DNA from: Paramoeba atlantica
Lineage: Eukaryota > Protista > Discosea
DNA length: 64,000 nt
Assembly: GCA_977017575.1 (NCBI GenBank)
Contig: CDRNVI010000201.1
Coordinates: 37,261 to 101,260, forward strand
Direction: 5' to 3'
Part shown: in pieces, positions 24,717 to 36,259 of the stretch
Position numbering within the stretch: position 1 is the first letter of the stretch
Layout: every line of letters starts with the position of its first letter
Position numbers and translations under genes: made by a program
Notes under the pieces: model-generated
Databases searched by the model: none
Seen by the model: only the letters and a program-made list of their open reading frames with translations
Told to the model about the DNA's origin: nothing

Positions 24717-26692
24717 ATGAGGTGCCAATTCACTCTTCCATCTTTTTCCATCTTTTTCTTCTCCTTCATCATCTCTTCTTCTTCTTCCAACAACAACGAT
24801 TTGTGTTTTGAATACATTCTTCAAAATGAGTGTACGACTGTGTTGGGAGAAGTTTCGATTAACCAAAACGAACAACAAGACTTCTTTGACGAAAATGTTT
24901 CTTTGATTGTTTCAAATGTTCGAATGTTTGGGTCGAATTGTCGAAGACCATTTCTATCTTATTATTGCCAGTTGATGTTTGGTGGTTTTTTTTGTTCTTC
25001 TTCATCACCAGAAGAACAATATTGTTTGGAAGATCAGTTTTGTATTCAAGTTTCTGATTCTTGTTCTGATGATTTCCCTTTGAATTGTTCTTCTTCTCTT
25101 TCTTCACCATCACCATCACCATCACCACTGTTATTATCTTGTGAAGAGAAAGTAACAAAAGAGATTGAAGAAGTTGTTGAAACACCAATTAAAGTTCAAA
25201 CTTGTTTGGGTAATTCGAAAGAAGAGATTGAATGTTGTATTGGGCCTTATGTTTTTGATGATAATGATGAATGTGTTGTTCAATGTCCTCAATATCTTTA
25301 TAATCAGCAAGTTGAACATTGGATTCGAAACACTTCATCAATTTTAGTTTGTTTCATGATCATTGTTTACATTGTCACCCTGATTCCTTTTTACATGACA
25401 GACAATTTAAAGTTTTTCTTTTTTTTTTTTTTCTATTTTCTCTTTTCTTTTGTCAACAAATATTTGTCGAGTTTGAAAGGAAAGGAGAGTGAAAAAAGAT
25501 CCAGAAAAGAGAGAAAGAAACTTTCTTTGGTTTTTTGATTAACGAAAGAAATGAACAGGTACCCAAATGTTGTTCTTTTTCTCTTTTATGCTTCTTTCAT
25601 TCTCGCTTTTACACCAAATTCTTGGATGTTTTTTGCAGGTAATCTTCTCTTTTTTATTTTTTTTTTCAAGATTATTAACTTTTAATTGATTTTTATTGAA
25701 GGAGGGATTGATGCATTTGTTTGTGGAGATAAAACAAACTTTTGGGAAGCAGTTGACCATTATGGAAATTCAACTCGCTCCATTCTTCAATATTCTTCTC
25801 AGGTCTTCTTTGCAAGTTGCGCTGCTTCATTTTGGGTGCTTTTTTCATTCAATTTGTTTTGTAATTCAACAAGGTTCTTTTTTTTGGATTGCATAATTTT
25901 TTATTTTTCCAAGGATGTTTTCTTTGCAATTCTTGTTGAAAGTTTTTTTTTTTGACTTCCACACACACAGACCATTCACGTCGCTCTTTGAAAAGTTTAT
26001 CATACAACCTGTCCCGCCCTTGATTGTCTTTTTGATGATTGGGAGCTGCCTTTTTCTCTCAACTCTGATTTTTTTTGGGTTTCTTCTCTATGCTTTTTTG
26101 CATAACGATACACGGCTATTTATCCCTGGGTCAATCACTGCATTTCCTATCCCAATCAATGATGTGATTGCAAAACTTTATCAATTTCCAGTTGTTTTCG
26201 TTGGTGGATCTGGAAATGTATTTTTTTTTCTTTCGATTGTCCTATTTCTCAAACGAGGAAGACAGATTTTTTATTTTCAGTGGTAAAAACTCTCTTTTTT
26301 TTTTGATTGGGTTTTTAGATTTGACCAAAGGAATTTCTATCAATAGGAGGTCAATTTTAGTTGGATGCTTCTCAATCTTGGTCTCTGTTATTCTTGGGAT
26401 GTCATTCTTTCTCTCTGGTCCTTCACATGCAAGTATTATTGATTATACAAATTGTGTTGCTTCTCACCCACAAACTATTCCAACCTTGTGTTCCCAAAAT
26501 TATGAACCACCAAGTTTCTTTCTTGTTGTGGATTTGTTAATCCTCGGTGTGTGGTTATTGCTTCTTGTGATTTCTTTTTTAACCAATAATCAAGTGGTTG
26601 ATTGGTGGAAAGAACTTTTCTGCTCAAGTCTTTCTTCAAAATATGAACAATTAGATGATGATCCTGATGTGGGAAATACTAATTCCCTTTAA
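24717..26692 (+). CDS. Frizzled/Smoothened-like CRD-7TM receptor, copy 5
   Basis: CRD like copies 1-4; 7TM part divergent and more similar to copy 1. Confidence 0.75.
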
Positions 26693-26739
26693 CCTTTTCA
26701 GCTCTTCAAATTTTATTTAAACAAAAGACATAAACTGTC

Positions 26740-28005
26740 ATACATAAAATTGTTAATCCAAGAGTTATCAAGACCGATTTTTCATTCAAATCTTCACCAA
26801 AGGTCTAATGATATTTTGCATGAGCAAAAGGAATTAAAAAAAAAGATTTTTTTTTTCCCCAAGAGAAAGTTAAAAAAAAAACAAGACCTCAGAATGATAT
26901 TTTGACCATTTTGGAAACTCGCTCGTTGGATACATTTGCCAGCCCATGACAATCCACCAGAAACCAGTCATGCACATGAAAAAGGCAGACGTGAATGGTA
27001 AGATTGTGTCATACACAGCAGTGTGTCTGAAGATTGGGAAAGTGAATGATTAAAGTAAAAGAGAGAAAGAGAGAGAGAGAGGATACAAATAGAGAGGATT
27101 TAAGAGTGATTTTTTTGAAGATGATTCCTGTTTCGGGGTTTTCTGTGTTTATTAAAAATGAGTGAAAAGTATTTCATTGAATTTTGAGAAAAGATGATTG
27201 ACACAAACCAATTTAATATAATGAAAGACGGTAAAAAGATATTCAATGGCAGAAAAAAAGGAAAAAGTATAAAAAAGACGAGCTAAAATGATGTGTGCCA
27301 TTGCGTGAGTGAATGTGTCTACCAGAAAAAGGTCAGAAAGAACTTGTGGAAGAAAAAATGTCCAGAGTGTCAAATTGGCCAAAAAAAAACAAAGAAACCT
27401 TGATGGTGCAGAGTTACAGCTAATCCAAGAGAAAACATACCAAATGGTATTGCAAGACCCCAGAAAGAACCCTCCAGTTTTCTGAAATATGGAAAAGAGG
27501 ATTGAAAAAAGGAAAGAAAAAACAAGAAAAGTTCACAAAAAACCTGAAGAGATGAAGGATATAAATAAGAGAGGAAAGAAACAGGACTCCACTTAAGCGA
27601 TAGTGTTCGAGGTGGCTTTCCCCCCATCTTCTGTGCCCTTGACAAGAGAAATGAAGACAAAAACTTCAGTTTTTTGAAAAAAAGGATGCATTTTCTCAAA
27701 CAAACCTTCATAAATCATTTCACCAAAGGCCAAAATCATGGCCCCTAAAAACAAAAGAGATTTTGAGATGATCTGATTTGCCCCTCTCTTCTTTTTTCTC
27801 TTCTTCTTCCCATTACTTTCTTTGTTTCATCTGAAAAGAAAAAAAAAAGAGAACCGCAACAGAAGACCAAACCAGACATGAGAAAAAAGACAGAAGAACT
27901 TCGAACCCAAAGAGTGGATTTGGCTCCACTTGCTTTTGTGCACAAGAATAACCCAAAGAGAAGAAAGATGAGTCCAGGACCAACATGACCAAGTCTATTT
28001 CCCAT
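26740..28005 (-). CDS. TMEM45/DUF716-like multi-pass membrane protein (3' end approximate)
   Basis: N-terminal MGNRLGHVGPGLIFLLFG matches the family GHxxPGxxF motif; later LHHQ, HAMAH, and GFWWIVMGWQMYP...W..YH. Confidence 0.65.
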
Positions 28006-28213
28006 TTTGCATTTTTTTTTTTGACTTTCCCGAAAAAACGAAAACAAAAAACAAAGAAAAAAGCTACCTTAAACAGCCCGATTTTTTGATTTTTTGATTT
28101 TTCAACAAATAGCCATTTGTTCTGTAAAAAAGTTATTTTAAAATTACAAAAATACATCATCTCTCTTTGGGAGCAGGAAGTTTTTGTTTTATTTTCCCGC
28201 AAAACACAAAAAG

Positions 28214-28513
28214 ATGTCCACTGCCAAAGCGTCCGCCGCCATGTTCGAAAAAAAAGCTCAAGAAGCTTCAGAAGCAAAAACAAACTCCAAACATAAAAAG
28301 GTTTTTTTTCTTTCAGTTTTCGAAAACCTTATTTTTATTTTTCAGTTTTCAAAAAAACAATAATTCTGACTTCTTTTTCTAAAGGAGGTCGTCTGGACTC
28401 CAATGGATAAGGATGGAAGTGGCGCTCATTCGCAATCTGGATTCAAAAACCAAACCAAGAAAAAGGTTGCTGGTGGTCCACCACCAAAACGAAACCTTGC
28501 TGATTTGCCCTGA
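28214..28513 (+). CDS. Two-exon 71-aa hydrophilic microprotein
   Basis: Exons 28214-28300 and 28385-28513 joined by a phase-0 GT-AG intron give MSTAKASAAMFEKK...EVVWTP...GGPPPKRNLADLP*. Confidence 0.7.
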
Positions 28514-28762
28514 AACAAACTTTGTTGTTGTGAATGAACCTTTTTTTTTTTTTTTTGAGAATCTTTTTTGATCCCCACTTCAAAGTTGGGAGTTCATTTT
28601 GGATTCAGTAAACCAAAACCCCTTCCATTAAAAAAAAGAATGAAACAAAAAATGAAAAACCTAATTGAAAATACCTTTATTCCCCAAAATAATTCTTTCT
28701 TTGTTTTCTTCGCAAAAAACCTCTTCTCTTTTCTCTCTTTTGTGTCACAAAAAAATTAGAAG

Positions 28763-29095
28763 ATGGAGACTGAAGAATCCAAACAAAGAAACAAAGGAAC
28801 TTTTTGAAGGTGTTGAGAATGGAGAAGAAGTTGTCAAGTTCTTCTTCTTGGAAACAAAAACAAACAATTCGAATAACTTGATATCAACTTCCAACACCTG
28901 GTTTTTTTTTTCATTTTTTCTTTCTTTCTCTCATTCTCTTTCTCTCTTTTGTTCTTTGTGTGTATTTTAAAACTTCTTTTTGTTCAGCTTGGAAACCAGA
29001 CTGCTCTTCACATAGCTGCGATCAAAGGTAAAATTCTGAAGAAGTTGTGAAGATCCTCATGGAACATGGAATCCAATGTTGATCTTTATTGGTGT
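28763..29095 (+). pseudogene. Ankyrin-repeat gene fragment with frameshifts
   Basis: METEESKQRNK then frameshift to ELFEGVENGEEVVK; LGNQTALHIAAIKG; EEVVKILMEHG then NVDL in shifted frames. Confidence 0.6.
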
Positions 29096-30276
29096 CCAAG
29101 TGTTTTGAAAGAATGTTTGTCTGTTTGGGATTTGAACCTGAGGGGTTGTTTGTTTTGGATGTCTTGAAGAAAGACGTGTTTTCTTTTTTAGTTTTCCTTT
29201 TTTTTAAAGAGTCTTGTAAACCATCTCGAGTCTTCCTGATTTTGATTGATCTGTTTGAGGCTTGAAAGGAGTACAACTCAACTACCTTCAAACCAAAGTT
29301 TTGTCAGATTTATTTGATTTTCATTTTTATTTCATTGTTTTTTTCTCATTTTATTTGTTGAGGCCATCCATACAGGTTCATTTCGAGTTTCCAGAGCCAG
29401 TGAGGTTTGTCCTTATTTTGAAACCAGGTGCTTGTTGGATGTACACATTAGGTCCAGTTGGGTTCATCTTGGCGCGACAATATGCAGTTGGGATGTTTGC
29501 TTTGATTTTCTGGAGGTGATGAGTATAAAACTTCTTCTGTGGCTTGTAGTTTTTGTCTGCTGTTAGTTCAGAAGGTGGTTAGGTGAGAGCAGTGATGAGA
29601 CCATGGATAGAGAGGTTTTGTGTTTCCCATTCTCGCTCAATAAGATTCCTGGAGGCGTCAAGTGCATTCCGAAGGGCATTCTTGTGAAGAGAGTCAACTT
29701 CAAAAAAGATGACCTAAGGGAACGGTGAAACTGGGGTTGCTAGTGCAATTCGTCGTGACGGAGGGGTCAATTTTTTTCTCTTATTTCTTGAATTCCTTCC
29801 ACAACAACAGGGTGTTATTTCAGGAGGCATTGACGGAGGTGTTGTCTCCTCTTCTGAGTGGGGAGGCTGTTCGAGTTAAGGCGGCGCGAGGGATTTTTGG
29901 TGGGTCTTTACCAGAGTGGTGGACTCCTGAAGATCAGGGGAGTGCATCAAAGATGGAAGCCTCAAGATATAAGTCTTCTACGTTTGGTGAGTAAAACTCT
30001 GTGTTTGTGTTTCTTCTTTGAGGTGTTGAGAGAGAGGTTGAACGGTTGAGAGGAGTTTGGTTGAACTTTGGTTGTACTTCTAACTCGAACCATCTTTTCT
30101 TTTCTTTTTTCTACAATAAAAAAACAAAATCATTTTATTTAAAAACTTAAACAGTTTTGAGGAAATGTGATGTTGATTTAAAGTAATTTATTCCAACTAA
30201 ATGATTTTGATTAATCAGCAAAAATGTAATGTGAAAAAAAGAACACCCAAAAATAATAATTTTGAAAAAACTCATT

Positions 30277-33200
30277 TTAATCAAACTCCAAGATAACTTG
30301 ACAAAGATAATAAGCTCCAACGTGATACAAACTGTCCTCAGTATCTCCTTCCAAGAGAATAGTATGTTCTCCTTCATCAAAATCAACCGAGATAGGAGTA
30401 GGGGGATTCGAAACCACAGGTCCTACCCCATCGCATCCGTGACCACCCCCAGGACTACGCGCAAAGGAAATCTGATCATCATCAAAATAAACAGTCAAGG
30501 TATCAAAGGTAGTATCTTGTCTCTCCCCATATCCCTCATAATTAATAATGAATTTCCCAGAGCTCTCAGCAACGAAGGAGCCCGTTGCAGAGGCTACTTG
30601 TGTGTTTGAATTTGATCCCCCACAGTTGGTGCTATCTTCAATTGACCAGAGGAGTGTGTCAGTAAACAGTGACCAAGCGGGTCCAACCACACTGGAGATT
30701 GTATCAGAATCATAGGAACGAGGCGCGCCACCATTCCCACCAGCATTATACCCTGAGTCAGAAAAGTCCCAGAACAGGTCAGAGGAAGGAGGAGGGGAAG
30801 GAGCCAAGGCAGCAGATTCACAACGACCAAAGTATGGACCAGCAAGCTTTGGGTACATAAAAACTGCAACATCAGAATAATCTTCGAGTTTGGTTCCTTG
30901 AATCGATGTTTTGGAGCTCCGGGTCCCAGCTTTGTTCTTGGGAAACAGATTTGGAGAAGAAGAGTCTGAAAGGATCCCCCATTTTGATTCTGAATAATAA
31001 TAGTGGTCTGTCGAACCCTCATAGGGATCTTCTTCAGCAATATACTTATGTTCACTTTTTTCGTCCAATGAAATCGCAGTGGGGATGGCATAGATGAGCC
31101 ACGTTTTGTCATAAACAGAAATTTCAAGATCCAAGATTGTATCTAAATCTCCATCACCAACAAAGAGTTTGGTGTCTAAGGTCACCTTGGCAGACAACTC
31201 ATCCACAAGAAAACCAAACACATAGGGGGGCGCAGATTCCTTAAACAATTGTTTACACGGACTTTCATCAGTTGTGGCGATCGCTGAGACCTCTCCTTGC
31301 AATGGAAGTTTGGTGTCAATACTAACACCAAGACTCACAAGCTTACTGATTACCAAACCCAATCTTGTCTCAATATCGAAAGAGAAACCCAAAGAAAGCT
31401 TTGCAGTGGCTTCAGCCTTTGGTTGAAAAGTGAACTTACTCTTTGGTGCTCCATAAGTGGAAGTGAATTTATCGTCTGCCATAGGATCATACACCATTGT
31501 GGACTTTTGGTTGACAACACCATCAAAAACTCCTTCTATAACAGCCTCAGTTTCCAAACTAAACTCAGCGGAATATTTTGCAGTTGAAACAGCTTTCAGT
31601 TCAAGATACACAGGAAGAAATCCAATAAAGAAGATTCCAATTTTCACTTTCTTCTTAAAGATATCTTTTTCCCCAGAATCAGAACCCGCAATTTCAGCAG
31701 TTGCCTTGTAGACCACCTCAATATGGTAGTTCGCTTCAGCAGACAAAGATGATTCAATTTTTGTATCACTCCAAGAATCTCGGAAGGTGATGGCTGCTGT
31801 TCCTTTCAACTGGCCTTGAAGGAGGGGGGCTCCTGAGAAAGATGCAGAAAAGGGGCCATCCTGAATAAGAGCGTCGCAATCATAACGGAACCCACTTGCA
31901 TACTGAAATGACTTAACTCCATCAAAGAGGCCTCGTCTTTTGTCTGGAGATGAATCAGAGCAAGACACACTGGCTGAAAGGTCTCTCCTCTTCTCATCAT
32001 CATTTGTAACACATTCACTCTGATAGACCCCAAAATTTGTAGTGTCATCATATTCCATTTTCGACAGACAACCATTTTCATCTTCAGTGGGTTCATTTCC
32101 ATAATATAACGACCCACCAAGGGAGTCAACAGAGGCTCGGATCAGAGAAGAGCCAGAAACAAACTCATTGAGCTCGACCGATTCGCACTTATAAACAGAG
32201 GCTTCGACTTCTTCAATCGCTTTCATATACGGTTCATCGCTCTCAATTGCATCGGCAAAAGGGAGAGTGAAGATGACAGTGTCGCCAGAATCGAGACTTG
32301 GGACCTCAACATCTGAAATGGTGAGAATGTAAAAACCATCCTCTTCCTCCATACTGTCTAAATTCCCATCAAACAAATTCACAACAACGTAATTTGATTG
32401 CAAAGCAATGGTTCCAGCATCTGCAAGGAGGGACCCCTCGAGAATAACTTCTTTCGCGGGACTATCTCTTTTTGCTGTGGGTGGGACATAAGACACAAGA
32501 AACTCATAATCATTCTCAGAACTCAATTCAGAGATGGACACACTGATGAGTTGATTAAAAGATCCCTCGAATGGAATCGTTTGGACTGGACTCTCAGAAC
32601 CACCCACAATATAAACTAACACTGTATACGTGGTCTCTTCGATAATCCCACGATACATTTCTGGGGGAAGAAAAGAAACGATTGCGGAGGTAGAGGATAC
32701 TGCTATAACACTCACAATATCAACAAATTCCGAGATAGGAGCGTCATAATCAATCGGATCATCAGAAGGATATTCACTCTCTTCCTCAGTAGAGCCCCAA
32801 TACAGCACCTGCTTGGAGAGTTTGGGCTCCAATTGTTCGTCTTCACTATTAAAGGGAAGAGCATAAAACGTGAAAGATTCACCGCTTGTTGGAAACCAAA
32901 CCGCAACGTTGGAGAAAATTAAATCACCTTCCTCTTTATCCCCATGGATATCTTCACCATCATCATAGAGTTTGGTGATGAGGTTTGTTGCGGCTTCATC
33001 AAAGTAAACATTGTAATAAGCAGCTTCTGGAATGTCTTCCGAATAAATACGGAGGACTAAACTGTAAAGAGCACCCAGAAGGAGATCCTCCGGCTCAATA
33101 TCAAAAGACAATGTAGAGTGGTCACAACCATCCCCTCCATGCCCGTCGTCGCAACTGCATCCATCTTCTGAGCAGGATCCAAATCCAGAACAGCATACAT

Positions 33201-33864
33201 CGCATGAATCCGACGAGATCTCACAAGAAATGTCTCCAGATTGAAGAACTGCATCGTAGATATTCTCTGAGATAGTTACCTCTCCCCCTTCTACTTCTAT
33301 CTCGATGTCGAGATCAGAAAGACCAATGTCTCGGGGCAGATAAATTGTGATTTCCACAACATCATCATCTGCGGTGACCGCTCCGCTAAAAACCAAGAGA
33401 GAAGCAAGAACAGCAACTTGTGGAAAGCGATTGGTTGTTCCCGCTGCTGGACCACCCCTCCCCCCTGCCACGAGGAAATAAAAGGGACTCAAAAACAGCA
33501 CATTTCTCCAAAGGGGTCGGAGAATCGAGCCACTCGATTTGTCATCATCATCACTATCACCATCATCACTATCATCACCATCGCCGGGAGGACGGATAAC
33601 CGCAACAAGTTTATCGCCATCTTCATTGAGGGAAAAACTAATGGAAAGATCATCAAGACCCGAACCTTCAACTAGCATAGAAGGGAACGCCAGAGGGTCA
33701 ACATCAACAACCTTCACGATTGTCTTCACCCCGGATGTTGTCACAACGAGAGAAACTGCGCTTGCCTTATCGGCATAATAATCTTCGAGGACAGTTAGTT
33801 GACTATCCGACCAACACGAGCCAACAAAGAAAAGAAGAATGAGCAAGGGAGAATGAATTGTCAT
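30277..33864 (-). CDS. Uninterrupted 1195-aa acidic secreted mosaic protein (EGF-like, DDG-x-GD anchor-X-like motif, FN3-like, beta-rich domains)
   Basis: Single ORF from ATG 33864 (MTIHSPLLILLFFVGSCWS signal peptide); CCSGFGSCSEDGCSCDDGHGGDGC; LYDDGEDIHGDKEEGDLIFSN; VSSTSAIVSF...YTVLVY...ELSSENDYEFLV. Confidence 0.8.
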   Translation of the reverse strand: MTIHSPLLILLFFVGSCWSDSQLTVLEDYYADKASAVSLVVTTSGVKTIVKVVDVDPLAFPSMLVEGSGLDDLSISFSLNEDGDKLVAVIRPPGDGDDSDDGDSDDDDKSSGSILRPLWRNVLFLSPFYFLVAGGRGGPAAGTTNRFPQVAVLASLLVFSGAVTADDDVVEITIYLPRDIGLSDLDIEIEVEGGEVTISENIYDAVLQSGDISCEISSDSCDVCCSGFGSCSEDGCSCDDGHGGDGCDHSTLSFDIEPEDLLLGALYSLVLRIYSEDIPEAAYYNVYFDEAATNLITKLYDDGEDIHGDKEEGDLIFSNVAVWFPTSGESFTFYALPFNSEDEQLEPKLSKQVLYWGSTEEESEYPSDDPIDYDAPISEFVDIVSVIAVSSTSAIVSFLPPEMYRGIIEETTYTVLVYIVGGSESPVQTIPFEGSFNQLISVSISELSSENDYEFLVSYVPPTAKRDSPAKEVILEGSLLADAGTIALQSNYVVVNLFDGNLDSMEEEDGFYILTISDVEVPSLDSGDTVIFTLPFADAIESDEPYMKAIEEVEASVYKCESVELNEFVSGSSLIRASVDSLGGSLYYGNEPTEDENGCLSKMEYDDTTNFGVYQSECVTNDDEKRRDLSASVSCSDSSPDKRRGLFDGVKSFQYASGFRYDCDALIQDGPFSASFSGAPLLQGQLKGTAAITFRDSWSDTKIESSLSAEANYHIEVVYKATAEIAGSDSGEKDIFKKKVKIGIFFIGFLPVYLELKAVSTAKYSAEFSLETEAVIEGVFDGVVNQKSTMVYDPMADDKFTSTYGAPKSKFTFQPKAEATAKLSLGFSFDIETRLGLVISKLVSLGVSIDTKLPLQGEVSAIATTDESPCKQLFKESAPPYVFGFLVDELSAKVTLDTKLFVGDGDLDTILDLEISVYDKTWLIYAIPTAISLDEKSEHKYIAEEDPYEGSTDHYYYSESKWGILSDSSSPNLFPKNKAGTRSSKTSIQGTKLEDYSDVAVFMYPKLAGPYFGRCESAALAPSPPPSSDLFWDFSDSGYNAGGNGGAPRSYDSDTISSVVGPAWSLFTDTLLWSIEDSTNCGGSNSNTQVASATGSFVAESSGKFIINYEGYGERQDTTFDTLTVYFDDDQISFARSPGGGHGCDGVGPVVSNPPTPISVDFDEGEHTILLEGDTEDSLYHVGAYYLCQVILEFD

Positions 33865-34605
33865 TTCGAGGAACAAAAAACTAAAACTGAAAAAAGTGCA
33901 AAGTTCACAAAAAGTTTTACAACCGAAAGATCCCCTGTGGAGTCACACATTTCAAGTGCAATGACGTGTCGACATTTAATTGGAAGAAATTTCAAAGATG
34001 CACATACTACTTTCCAAATTAGGAGAGGCACGAGTTACACCTCCGACTGATCCGGAGACTTCTCTGAGAAGATTTTGAGGATCAAAATCCGTCAATTCAC
34101 AAGGGAGCAGCGGTTTATCAAACTCCACCACTGATTTTCTTTTAAATCCTTTTTCCAAAAAGCCCTCCCAAAAAATAGGTTTGGTTGTGGCGACAACCTG
34201 GGTGACTCAACCGCGACGACCTCTTCTGAGAGTGAGTTTCAATAATCTTGAACTGACTTTTTCAACTCCCCTTTTTGAACCCTTGGCGAAGGAAAATAAA
34301 CTTTTTTAAAAAAAGCTGGAAAATAGCGACAGAGAAAGGTGGGAAGTTGCAGTTGGTAAGAGGCGGAAACGAATGGCGAAGAGGATAAAGAGAAAGAGAA
34401 AGAGAAGAGAGCGCGAAGAACAAACGAAAAAAAAACCAAAGATTTTTCCTCATCCATACGTCACCTCAAAAAATACACTAAAAAGTCCATACCCGAATTT
34501 TCTTTATTCTTTTTCAATTTGTTTCTGTTTTCGTTTTCAAAAGTTTTTCCTTTTCTCTCTTTTGTGAGAATTTCTTGAAAAGTTCTTTCTCTTTTTTGTT
34601 GTTTG

Positions 34606-35645
34606 ATGAATTTGAATGAGAGAAATATGATGGAGGAGGAGGTGGTGGGGGAAAGAGAGAGGACTGAGAGAAGAGAGGAAGAGGGGAAGAGGAAGAGAAA
34701 AGAAGAAGAAGAGAAAGGGAGAGAAAAACAAAGAAATGGGGTGATTAAAAGACCGAAACTGGAAAATGAAGAACTTGAAGTGGTGAAATTGAGAATAGAA
34801 GAAGAAGAGAAGAAGAGAAAAGAAGAAGAAGAAGAGAAAAAGAGAAAAGAAGAAGAAGAGAAAATGAGAAAAGAGTTGAAAGAACAATCATTCAAGGTTT
34901 GTGAATTTTCTTCTTCTTTCTTTCTCTTTTTTTCCTAATGTTTTGGGGGGGAGGGGAGAGAGAGAGAAGGAAAGAGAGAAGGAGAGAAGGGGAGAGGGGG
35001 AGAGGGGGAGAGAGTCTCACCACACACACAATTTGAACTCTTTTTTCTCAAAAACAAACAAAAAAATCACTCTCTTTTTATCACAACTTTAAAATAATAT
35101 CTTTTTTTTATTTTTTTTTTTGAATATTTATCTTTTCCTCATTTTTCTATTTTTTTTTAATGTAAAGGATGGAGTAACTCCTCTTTTTGTTGCTGCTCAA
35201 CAAGGAGATGAACAAATTGTTCAAATTTTATTGGAAAAAGGAAAACCAAATGTTGATCTTCCAGATAAGGTTCTTTTGTTGATTGTTTCTTTTTCTTTTT
35301 CTTTTTCAGTTTCTCATTTTTCTCTTTTTTTTTAATGTAAAGTATGGAGCAACTCCTCTTTTTATGGCTGCTCAAAATGGACATGAACAAATTGTTCAAA
35401 TTTTATTGGAAAAAGGAGAACCAAATGTTGATCTTCCAGATCAGGTTCTTTTGTTGTTTGTTTCTTTCTTTTTCTTTTTCTTTTTCTTTTTTTTTTCTTT
35501 TCTTTTCAGTTTCTCATTTTTCTATTTTTTTGATTTAAAGGATGGAACAACTCCTCTTTTTATGGCTGCTCTAAATGGATATGAACAAATTGTTCAAATA
35601 TTATTGGAAAAAGGAAAACCAAATGTTGATCTTCCCAGGGACAAA
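34606..35645 (+). CDS. Ankyrin exon-array gene A: charged first exon plus 3 single-repeat exons, no cap exons (truncated or upstream cassette)
   Basis: First exon MNLNERNMMEEE...; repeat exons at 35168, 35343 and 35541. Confidence 0.6.
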
Positions 35646-36259
35646 GTTTGTTCTTTTTTTGGTATTTTTTGGTATTTTTTGGTATTTTTTTGGAGGTTGT
35701 GGTATTTTTTGGTATTTTCCTGTTATTTTTTGGAATTGTTTTGGATTGTTTGGTATTTTTTCAGATTCACAAAAGTTTTCAAATTGGACGGAGATAACTG
35801 GAGATAAGGCTTGGTTTTTGAAAATAACAGGTGTATACCGGTGTAAATACTGGTAAATACTGGTAAATACCTGGCATTTTTTTGTTCATGGCCCTTTTTC
35901 AGTTTTCCTGTTTGGTTTTGAAGTGATAACAGGTGATTGGTGGTTGGTTTGTTTTTTTCGTTCTCTCAGTTTTTTTTTAAAGAAAAAGCAAAAGTGAGGT
36001 TTCAAGTTGAGTATTCATTTGTTTTTGTAGGGATAAAGGATATGGGTGGGAAAAAAAGAGTCCAAAAAATCAAGAGGCAAAGAAACAGTAAAATTGGAAG
36101 AATCGAAAAGGTTTTGCTCCCAAAAGTCCAGAGGAACTAAAATTAAATAAAAAAGAACAAAAAGACCCCCCCAACCAACCAAAACCCTTCTTTTTCTTTT
36201 TTTTGTTTTTTTGTTTTGGGTCTTGTTTTTTGTTTTGTTTTGTTTTTTGTTTTTTCTTG

